Shown here piece after piece: positions 1 through 11,500 of a stretch of 64,000 nt of DNA (position 1 is its first letter; the number at the start of each line of letters is the position of its first letter). This DNA is from Ascidiella aspersa (Eukaryota). The position numbers and the translations under genes were made by a program. The DNA is taken from positions 29,822,001-29,886,000 of the forward strand of contig OZ004609.1 of assembly GCA_963924565.1 (NCBI GenBank). Reading direction: 5' to 3'. The notes below the pieces were generated by a model. It saw nothing but the letters and a program-made list of their open reading frames with translations, was not told the origin of the DNA and searched no databases.

Positions 1-133
1 TTATATTGAACAGGTCTACAAAATTAATGTCAAAACATTATGCAGTACTTGTAAATTACAAGTTTAAATTGCCCCTACGGCCGTTATATACAACACTCTG
101 ATGTTTATATGAGCAATAGAGGAAATGACGAAC

Positions 134-241
134 CCTCGTAATAACCAGCGGCTGATTGAATTCTTTTCCTCCTGAAAGTCGAAATCCCCATGGCGGTGAG
201 CCAAACAAGGTAACTGAGGTTTGAATTCTTGGCTTTGGCAT
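134..241 (-). CDS. PDLIM3: First coding exon of a PDZ-LIM protein (ALP/PDLIM3-like); gene continues beyond the left edge
   Basis: [36 protein letters not shown] matches the [20 protein letters not shown] N-terminal PDZ of ALP/Enigma proteins; phase-0 donor AGG|GTTCGT at 133; upstream acceptor TTTCAG at 284-289. Exact paralogue uncertain. Confidence 0.85.
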
Positions 242-2539
242 GTTTTCCTCAATTTGGCCTACACTTTAAACAGGGGTGTTAATCTGAAATGGGATCACAA
301 AAAATTGATACTAAGAATGTACAGCAGAATTTCACACAACTTTTACTTAACTTTCTCCAACACCATTTTCCAAAAGCAAGCATTCATATCAATAAGCTGC
401 TTTTAAAATTTTACTGAAAACTAGTGCACACAAACTGTTTGGATGCAATTAAACTCTAAATATGTTGTTAATATTTGTAAAACCAGTTTAAATCTGAAAA
501 TGGATATAGCAACAAAGCACCACAGTTGAATCCTGCCTGTTTTGACACAGCACAAAACATGTCTGGGTGTCTGGCCCAAACAGCCCAAATAAAAACTGTC
601 AAAGGTGAATAACAAAGGGGCAATCCCCTCATAGGCGAGTCATGCCTTTATTTGGTATTTCGCCGGCGGCCATTAGAAAAGCACTTGAACGGCATGTTTG
701 ACTCACGCAAGTCTGTTTCTCTAACGCACGCCAGCACAGACTAGCAATGTAGCCTGGTCGAGTGGTCGTAAATCTGGCTCAAGCCCAGCAGCCGTATCAC
801 CCATAAACATACAACTGCAATTTAACATTCGAGTTGTAAATGCACTACCGACAGCGTAGGTCTACGATAATGAAATAGGTTTTCTGCACCTATTTGATCT
901 GCAAAATCCTTTGCACGATCGCTTTACATAACATTTGCCTGAAAGTTGCTGCATTTCAGGGCCAAAACAGGAAAACCAATACAGCGAACACTCTTCTAAC
1001 AATTACAGAAAAGCCAACTTTAAACTTTTTGTACACTCAAAGTAGCAGCAGTAAGCAGGTGATGGGCATTTCCCTTAATTAAGACAGCTGATAGCAGATT
1101 ACTATTGCATACCAACGAGCTCACCAATGACAGTTTCACTTAGTCACACGACAACTTCCTAAATCGGTGAATAACTTCGTCTGGAGAAACCCGGTTGAAA
1201 ACATTTCCACTCGATAAAACCGGACGCCGACTATCTGGTGCTCGTCTAGTTATGCGCTTGACGCAATTTCCTTTTTCAGTCGAATGAGATCACTATTCTC
1301 GACCTGATGGGAGGACGACTTTCGGGTAACCTTTTTCACGCGTTATGCTGACGACCAATTCTTTCCGATTCGAGATAGGCGGCCAAGACACGATAAATGG
1401 AACTACTCGCAAGTTACTGACTGAATGGTGAACAACTTGTTTGCCACGCTGGGCTCAATATAAATCTTGTCGGACGTATAGTTTTTTAGATTTACAAAAT
1501 CTTGCCTCAACCTTTTTATCGGCGAAAGTGTTTGGTCTTAAATTTTAAGAAAGTAAAGTTATGTTGATGCTATAAGCGTTGTTTTTCACCTTTTGAAAAG
1601 TCTTGTGTGTGTTTTTTTCGGGACAATGGGTATTGCATAAATCAATATCAAGGAGTTGCGGTAATTAATTATGCTTAAAGGTCCTTATCGTGACCCACCC
1701 ACTCCCATATAATTGTTCGTCTGCCAGAAACAGATCTAACTGCGCTGTGCCAGACACACGTAGGCTGCAATATTGGATATGACGTAATGACAATAGATTG
1801 TAAAGCAACATATGACGAAAACCAGTATCATCTGGAATTAGTTAACTGAAACAGTTGTTTTAAAAATGACAAATAGTAATGAAATGTCACAAATGTGCAG
1901 ACTGTTGCCTACTACACAACACAACCTAAAACAATCGTGTTTTATTGCAACTATGCTGGCACGTATCTTCAAACGTGGCAAATACAGTAATACTAAAAGG
2001 CAATTCATCGTCAAATGCGATAAAACATTTATTTTCCTTTTGGTTGGTTTGCTCTGACGTAGGTAATTTAATGAAGTTGAATTGCGCGCGGTCCCGGTAT
2101 ATTTGATTAGGCGCGCCTGCGTTAACCTCAACGCCCATGTTTGCGGATTACAGAACAAACACTTCGCCTCACGATTTATATCTGTCCTGCTGGAAAAGTT
2201 GCACGTTGGATCTAAAATGTAGCTGATTAGAAAAGTTGTTTTTACGATTCTCATACCATCAGACATGTCATTGTCATGAAAACAAGTTGATATTTTATTA
2301 TTAATTTTCCAATATGCTCACGTCAAAGTATACCAACGAGACAAAAACCATTTGCGAGTTGAAATCCACCCTAGTTTTAACATATAGGCCTACAACATGC
2401 TTCAATAAAATAGTTACAGGTAAAATAAGGCGCTACCTATTTCTATTTCAAATCACCTTGATGTTGAAATAGGTAGGCTTAATCTTATAGGCCTACTTTG
2501 TTGCTAATCCATAACAAAACTATTTAAAAAAATAAAAAT

Positions 2540-3230
2540 AAAAGTCACCGATTTTACCTACAGCAACCACTATCTGTTACTCCGTAAACCAGTACGCTTT
2601 GGTGGCTATTTAATCACACAGCATATAAGATAGGCGTGGCGTCACACATTACAACCCATACATATACTTCAGCCAACCAGAAGCGATGAAATTCGAACAA
2701 TATGAAATTTGCTTTCAAGCCTGGCCGCACAGTGAACTCCATTCCTTGCAAAATACACTGACTAGATTACTGTGCTATTTTAGAAACGCTCTACGATGCA
2801 AGCTTAAGGCGAACTTTCTCTGCAAAACGTAAGCACAGTCAACCAAGCGAAGAACTACGTTTTACGACTGACCGACACGGTTCGACCAGCTGAGCCAAAT
2901 ACCGGACAATAGCGGCATCTCTTAAAAATAAAGACACCGGCTCCGCTCTAACTGGGCCACAACAGAACAGCTTATGCAGGCAGGGAGCCCGTGATAAGTT
3001 GCAAGCAGGCGCTCTCTGTATCAGCGCGGCCAATTTACACTCTCTTGCTGCTGTCACGCTCGCAACGGGACAGCTGAAGCTATTATCGTTCTGCCTTGCT
3101 TCTCGACTGCGTAGGCGACGCAGCCAATCGAGGGCGCCGAGGCTTATGAAGTGCGCGAAATTGGCTGAGCTGCCAGCAGTGTGTAAACCTTTGGCATCAC
3201 CGTCAAATTGAATGTCGCGAGCCAGTGCGC
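2540..3230. promoter_or_regulatory. Candidate muscle enhancer/promoter upstream of the PDZ-LIM gene
   Basis: CpG-rich noncoding block with MCAT CATTCCT (2740-2746), E-boxes CAGCTG (2887-2892, 3071-3076), MEF2-type TTAAAAATAA (2922-2931), GATAAG (~2993); minus-strand donor-like TAG|GTAAAA near 2556. Confidence 0.35.
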
Positions 3231-5501
3231 TTTTTATTAGTCCTATCGAAGTTCCCGTTTATATTTCGGTCGATAGACAACAAGCGTGCAGGCTAGGAAA
3301 CAGACTATAGTATATTAACTTGGAGGCTGATGTAGTTCTAATCTTGTTCCTGTTTGGAAATACCCAAAGTTGATTTACACCCACTCAAGTTTATTTCCCC
3401 TTTGGAATCCTACTGTTTATTGTTCCGTTGTTTCGTCACTTATCGATTCGCCACCTAATAATAGTAAGTTCCCTTCTCCGAAATATCGAGTTTCGCGATT
3501 TATCCCATTTCGAGCTCTGCGAATGCGCACGCCGAGAACCAAAGTAGGCGAGGCCCCTGCTATCTTTGAATGTCACACTCGCCGGGATGCCAACGAGTTT
3601 GGTAGACCACCGGCTCGGCTACATTAACTTTGCAATGACGTGGTTTAACCCGCGAAAATTCTACAAGAGACATACAACAAGTTCTGTTGACAGTATTTAT
3701 GCTTATTTTAAACGTATGACAGGTGTAGGTTACACCAGGGGTGAAATAAGAATATTTTTCTGCCGAAACAATGAAAAATTTTCTTTCCTGAACGCATAAA
3801 GTTTATAAAATGACGTCACGAAGTTACGTCATAATGGGGTTTACGCTCGATGTCGTGCACAAATATGCAACTAAAATTATATTTTAAATTCGATTATGGT
3901 GAGATGGCCTGGTGAATTCGGGACATAGCCTGGTAAAAAAACAGTTTTTTACTAGTACGCCGTATCAGCAAAAATTATATAACCGGAACGCCGTCCCAGG
4001 TTACTTTCAAATACGGTGCAAACACTAGCGAGGCTGCGATGTATCTCTCGACCATAGGATAAGATAGTAGTGTTTGAACTGATCCATCCCGCCGACTCAT
4101 TAAATGTATTTAAACTAAGATTTCAGTTGTAAATTTGTGCAAGACATCGAACAATAACCTCAGGTTTCGTAAGGTAATTGTTTTAGAAGTCCCGTTGTGA
4201 CGTTATCTCTGAACATTTTTCAGCGTTTCGGTAAGAAAATTATTCTAATTTCATCCCTGATTAAACGTAAAACGGAATAGACCTGTTAAGATAAAAGTTG
4301 GAAGAAATGCTATTTGATGCGGCGTTGTGCGCAGATTCAAACAGTAACGTGCCGGAAAACTGCCATTTAGTAAATACCTTTGACTTCATACCGTAAAACG
4401 AAATGGCGTGGTTTACGATTTAGCCAAAATAAGTGTCCAACCGCCAAGATCAGAAGCTAGACTTCAATTCAAATCTGCAGTGTGTCAAGAATGTGCATCA
4501 ACTGGATAATGATACCAAGCATTATGTTTGCGAAGGGCACATTACGAAAAAAACAAAAGGTCTTATTTTAAGGCTGTTACACAAAGAATGAACTTCTTTC
4601 ATAAGCGAAATACTTACCTTACTTTGTATGAATTTTTAAACCTAACAAACGTATGTTTGCCGTAGATTAAAAATGTGATATACTCACTCCTGTACAACTA
4701 GTAATTTTCACTATATTTTCTGACTAACACTAAAAGAGGCTTACTGCGTGCCCTGCACACTAAATATGGCTTTATCGCTGTGATATGCGCTGCATCTGAA
4801 CTTGATATCGACAGTGACACACGCTTTCGCTTTATTTATAGTGGAGAACGAAACAGGCAAAACTTCGATTGTAGATCTCATTTCCACGACAGCGAATGGC
4901 GTGATTAAGCTGCACAAGGTGTCGAAAGCGCCGCACTGTACAGTTCTTTGAAAACGTGCGAAAACTCCCTTCAAAGGCGCGCACGGCGCACACAAGAGTA
5001 ATGGAAGTACACTGTAAGGACCTTCCTTGTGTAAACAGTGTATTCGGCCTAATGGGAAGTTGGCTACATAACTGCCGGGGCTGAGGCGGATAGAGGTTCA
5101 GCAGAGCGTGGACATGATACACGCCGCGATTTCACACGCAACACCCGTATAAAGCAAAAAGGATCTGCGGGGTTGACAAAAGGTGGACACCCAAAATATT
5201 ACAAAGCATCTAGAGAAACGTTTTTTCAGCAACCACAAACCGAATGTGCCTTATTTCCACATTTTTTGAGACACGTCAGCACGAAAACGCGACCGAATTT
5301 TAATTACAATTGTCGAGAAGTGGAAAAAGGCAGAACAACTCGCAAAACGTGGTCAAAAGTAAGAACTCCAAGCAGCCACGAAAGCAGGCCATTCGTCGAC
5401 GTCCGTTATGGTTTACGTAGCAGCTGGATTGACAGGACGCCGGGCCGAAAGAGTTGCGTGTATTGGTTTCAAGTTAGGAGATTGTGACCCACATACGCGC
5501 A

Positions 5502-8500
5502 TCACTTCATGTTGGCTCCCATGCGGTGCGGGTCCTGTGACGGATAGTGGATCGGCATTCGTGGCATCTGGCCTGGCCCTCCTCCGCCAAAATCTAAAGA
5601 AAAAAGATTTAAGAGTTAGTGTGGTTGCATATATTATCCTGGTTAAAATACCTATTTTTAAACCTAAAACAAGACAGAAGCTGATTTTTGAATTGATGTT
5701 TGAAATACCATCACAGTCTTTAATAAAGCAAGATACATCAGTGGAAGATTAACCAAAAGTCACCAAGGCGACGGTTCAAGTGTGAGTAATAGTTAAAAAA
5801 AGAATTTAAAAATTGGATCGTAGGACTACTGAATACTGGTTTGAATCTTAAGGGTAATTAAAGGATTAAAAAATACTTGTTTAAAAATTCATGGGGTATG
5901 TTACCATCAAAGTCTTTAATAATGGAAAGATTAACCAATAGTCATCACGGTAGCGGTCAAGTGTAAGTTATAGTTGACTGATTGAAAAGAATAGAAAAAA
6001 AACTATGCATGTAAAACACATTGTACAGCAAATGGTTCGTAGGACTACTGTATACTGGTTCGAATTAAAAACTAATCGGATCATTTTTTAAAATACTTGT
6101 TTGAAATTGATGGGGCTGCCATTGTTTTAAAAAAACAAAAATGGCCAGCCAGGTAAAAAAAACGAAAATTACTAATTTGAACTGTGGCTCGACTGGCGTT
6201 TTTTTCGTGTTGATGCAAGGTTGGGCTTAAGCACTCGCTCGCCAATGCGAGTACAAATCGCTCCTGGCGAGTACTGATTGACACCCACTCGCGTAACTGG
6301 CGAGTGGATTCGGCGAAAAATTTAATTAGTTGGTGAAGGACAACTTGTGTTAAGCACCACTACTAAGCGAAATATTACTTAGCGCCAGTTATTTCCTTAT
6401 ACACTAGGGAGCAAATACATTCAACACTACACAAATAATAAGGTTAATCGAAGTCACGTTCGAAGCTCGTAATAAAGATTCTTTGTCCCGTTGTATGATC
6501 GTAATAAAGACGGCCAACAATCAAAGACTTCATTGCTGCAGTGGTAAATAGTCAAAGGTTTAATGCTTAACTTTAACGTTGTTAATTTTTAAATCTTTAA
6601 CCTGGTCGTTGACGCCTTTTTGAAGAGTTTACTGAACCTGCGATGTACCCAGCGATAAGAATTTTACTTTTCTATATTTATTGAATTGTTTATGTAAGAA
6701 TATTTTAAGCAATTGCTGTAGTTTTTGGCAACAATAAGTTCGAATGCAAATGTCTTATTTTATTTGTAAGTAGTGTTTTTTAAGATGTTTTGAGGGACCG
6801 AAACAGCCCACTGAACACTACGGTATTTCAAAATACCGCCTACTTAACTACACCCGAGAATTAGCAATTAGTCTACGTAAGTATGTTGTTGCGATCTCAT
6901 AAGTTCATAGCGGTCAACCAAGCCAAAGCTTGAAAAATAACTCTCTAAAATATTTTATATGGCAATTATGTTTAGATACGAATCGAAACCATTGCCGACG
7001 CCCTTGGAAAATGGAACGACCCACTATAGGGCGTCGCGCAACACAGAACCTCTGGTGCATGTGGTTGTTAAGTTTGCGAATGAATGGTTTAGTTGTAAAT
7101 TTACAATTATTTAGTCATTATTTGCGGTTCAGCCAGTAACTTAGTGCTGGGCGAAATATGGCGTTTTGTTTGTGGCGCGAAGCAACCTGCGGTGAAACGT
7201 CCTTTAAGCACAGTAAACCAAAATACAAAAAGAGAGCGCAAGCATTTTGAAAAAAAAAATGGAAAACAGGCATGTCGTGGTTAATAAATTGTCACTATTA
7301 TTTATTTTCATGACAGATTGTAAAAAAATATTTCGGCTAAAAACTTTCTTTTAAGCGTAAACTGCTTTATGGGTCATTAATTTGTTCATCCATGCATGGA
7401 AATAAACGACCAGACTTTTATAAAAACTAATGTTTACGTATAGAAACCATACGCCAGGTTAACGAACCCAAGAAATTACCGCGCTAGAATGGAAATTTGC
7501 AGACTGCGTGCCAACAAATTTGGCGAGTGTTATTTCGTCCGGGCGAGTGCTGATTGATAGCCGCTCGCCCGCCTGGCGAGTGCAAATTTTTGCTTAGGAA
7601 CAACCCTGTGATGGCTATTTTTTTTATATCGTTTACTTATGATAAAATCTTACTGGGCGGTGGTGGTCCCATCATCATTGGCGGCGGCATATTGTGGGCT
7701 GGGTGTCTCATGGGCGGGGGCATACCCATATGAGACATGTGCGGCATGCCTGGGGCCACCAGGGTTCCCGGGGGCGGCGGCTCCATGAAGTTGCCCCTCT
7801 TGAAGTTGGAACCGGTTCCGACGTCAGATGGCATTGGCAGTGCTGGAGTCAAAAAAGAGTGTTGAATGTAAAACAGAAGAAAATTGTGATGTAGGGTATA
7901 CTACAGCTTAAAAATGAATTGGAAAGCTTAAAAGGTCGAGTAGGTCGCCATCATCTTAATTAAAACGTTTCAAAACGAGCTTGTATCTTCTTCAGTTAAT
8001 GTCTCGAAACGTCTTAATCAAGATGATGTTGATCTACTCGACCTTTTTGGCTTTGCAATCAAGCTAAGTTACAGATCCAAGCATAGTTTACCCAAGGGTA
8101 TACTGTGCTGTGATGGTTTATATTCAACCGACTAAACCGAAAGACTGCTGTAATTCAGACATTTAACGTCGACCAAGAACTGAAATTAGAGATCTATATC
8201 ATAAATCGCTAGCTTGGATTCATTCAAACTCTAAATGTCCTTTACATTGAGCTGGCGTTTTCTTTTTGGTGTTTATTTTTTTAACATTCAACCGTTTTTA
8301 ATTTACGGAACAGTAAATACACTTCCACTACAATCCAGGAAGGTTTAGCAATTTTAAGCTTTATAAAGTTGATGTGCATGTCTTTCAGTAAGCGAACTTG
8401 GGCAGAAAGCATGAACTGGTATACTGTATAATATACATACAGTGTATAACTGTATATACAATATAAATCTCGTTTATAAATTTGAAATAAGTTTTTATAC

Positions 8501-11500
8501 ATTTAAAATACCTAGCTTGGAAACTATATCTTACCTCCAGGCAGTCCAGGTATAGGATCGTATGAGTATTGTTGGCTGTGTGTTTTACTATCTGGATCCT
8601 TCTTCTGCAAGCCTTGTGATTTTCCCCAGCGAACAACAAGACTGCATACAAAGACAACGGATTAAAACCTTATCAGATATTTTTTACAGAAATTTAAAAT
8701 ATAATCTGTCCTGATCCCGACGGGAAAATTTATCTGGTTAACATCAACAGAAAAAGGCGTTTAATCCTGAAAGAACTTTTATCTTCGATTAGAAGCTTAG
8801 AAATTCATAAATCAAACTTAAAATTATAAACGGAGGTTACAAAAATAACATTTTAATCGTGTTTGCATGTAGCGATAACCTAGGCCAGTGGTTCTCAACC
8901 GCGGCTCCTAACCGTCTTTTTTTTTCATTAGGATTGAGAAAATTAAATGATTTACCAGAAGCATATTTGCGCATTAGTTCGCTTGACAACAGCTGGTGTT
9001 CTTAAATTAATTGCTTGATTTAAGAACAAGTGTCCTACGCCTTTAAATTTTGTGAGTGTCCACACCCCATATCAGTCTTAGTGATCTTAAGTTTAAGAAA
9101 ACAAAAAAAACGAAGGTTACACATTACTGGCAAAAGATGTAAGTATATAATGTGCCATACCGTTTTCCTTTTAAAATAAGCCGACCAGCGCTTCGTTTAG
9201 CAGCAGTCTCTGCATCTGATCTCCTTGTGTACTGGATAAATGCACAATTCTGTTTTGTGACCATGTGAATCGAACGGATTTCTCCAAACTGATAAAAGTG
9301 ATTCCTGGAAAAATATGATACATATTTAGAATATACTTTAGATGCGCAAATACTACAAAAACCAACGACAATTAAAGAAAAATTAAACTTCAATTGGTTG
9401 ACTGCCATACTTGAAATATTTTTGAATGAAACTTCTGATGACCCTTCTTAAAAATCTTCCACAGTTATCCTTTTTCATGCCAACCTTTTTTATTATACTG
9501 GTCGATGAACTAGAAATGGTTTAGCTAACCACTTTTAATGACTACATTTCAAAACAACAAGCTATGGAGACCATGTAACAAAGCTATAAATTATAGGTTC
9601 CCAGTATATTATTAAATCATTTGGGATTAAGGCTAACTTTAGTGTACAATAAATTAGATTGTTCATAAATAACTAAATAATAATCAAAATAAAATTAGAA
9701 AAAAAAAGTATAGTTGCTCGGTGATGAATGAATTAAAATCGCAGAACTTTATTACATGATCACTGATTCACTACTAAACATCAAAAATATTTCTTTATTA
9801 AAAACAATGCTCTTACCTTAGATCATCCTCTTCAACAACTTCACCCAATCCGCCGATGTACAGTGTGGTGATGGTTTTATCTTCCGGAGGAGCTACAGCC
9901 TCCTGCTCTGCTGCCTCCGCTGCCCTATTAAGGAGCTTGCTGGAGACAGGATCGTTGATGCCGTAGTAACGATCCTTGATGTTCTGATCCGAAAGAGGAT
10001 CGTCTGGATCTGAAGGCTTCTCGTGCCTATAGGCAAATAAGAGAAAGTTGAATTGAATGTGTGTAGAACACTCAACAGTCAGCATTGTGTATATGTTTAG
10101 GCATCACTTGTGAAGGGTGATCAACTTGTTTAAATAAAATAATCAAGAAACAGCTCTTCTGGTGATTGTAATTCTTTACCAACGTTTTCGAAGGTGACTT
10201 AAATAGGTTGCCCAAACATTGGTAAAGAATTACAATTACTAGAAGGGCTGTTTTTTTATTTTACTATGGAAAAATATCTGTTGACTCCTCTTCATGAAGA
10301 TAAATGTGCATAATATAAGAAGGTATGTGTAAATGCATTCACACAGATATCTGTGTGGGAAACCAAAAAGTAAGAAGTTACAACACACACTTTCTTAATA
10401 TTGCAAGTTATTAAAAATATTTATTGTTTTTTTGGCAACATATTGCCAGCGTCTTTCTTTTGACTATAGGTGAAGCATTTTTAAAAATTATGATAAGTAT
10501 ATATAGATTTTTAAGTTGGCAAACTCTAAATATTGTTGACAAACAAATCAATTTATAACATAAATTTTTTATATTATGGAATATGGATAGCAAGTGTTAA
10601 AAATATTGAGCCATAGTTAACATACTAACACAAAAACAGCAACAAAGAAGCCTTAAAAGGAATGTCCAAAATCTTTTACAAACCTGTATGGACATTCTTC
10701 GCCTCGCTTGCATTCACCCTTTACCCAAAAGGAACAAATGTGTGGCCGATTCCTCTTGTAGTAGGGAGCTGTGCGAGCCAAGCGCATGAGCAGGTCGCTT
10801 GGTGCTTGTGCCTTGCCAACGGCTCCCACTGCCACCGTGCCATCAGTGTTGGCAATCTAACAACACAAGTGGGGCTTCATATATGTTTAACTAACTTTGT
10901 GTTTATTATAAGACGTAATAAGAATATCAAAGCCCATACAGAAGTAGGTATCATTTTGGACGTTTCGAATAACTCTTTATTCATTTTCAACATAGAGAGA
11001 AGTCACTGATGGAAGTGTATATATAGTGCAAAGGCAGACATCAGAAAGAAGGAAACGTGGATAGACACATAATCTTAACCGGATGTGCGGCGATAAGAAG
11101 GTAGGTCGCCGATAGCAGATAAGGCCATCCACGTGATCAGATGTTGAAAAGATAAAGTGGTATAGAAGCTTGGTCTGCGTTAATTTCCGGGTTGTGCCGT
11201 GTTATTTCAACGGTTTCCTTAATCAAAAGACGACGCCAACACCGACTTGTCGCAAGAATCTTGGGGTTTTTTAAAATCGATTTTGTGACCAGGATTTTGA
11301 TGCAAATGCCTTGCCACGTCTGTGTCCTGCGTGGACCGTGATGAAGGGTCGTGGTTGTCCATACGCACTTGTAGGTTACGCTTGGTTTGTCCAATATAAG
11401 TAGATCCGCACGAACATTGCACTTTGTATATAACTCCTGAACGACGTAACACATGCTGGTGGTCCTTGTGTATAAAAAACGAACTGATAGGTGTGGTTTC

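Noticed and set aside
645-655. CArG box upstream of the PDZ-LIM exon
   Set aside because: CCTTTATTTGG has seven A/T bases, not the six required.
1838-2266. 142-aa minus-strand ORF
   Set aside because: No domain similarity or coding-like composition; lies in the presumed regulatory region of the PDZ-LIM gene.
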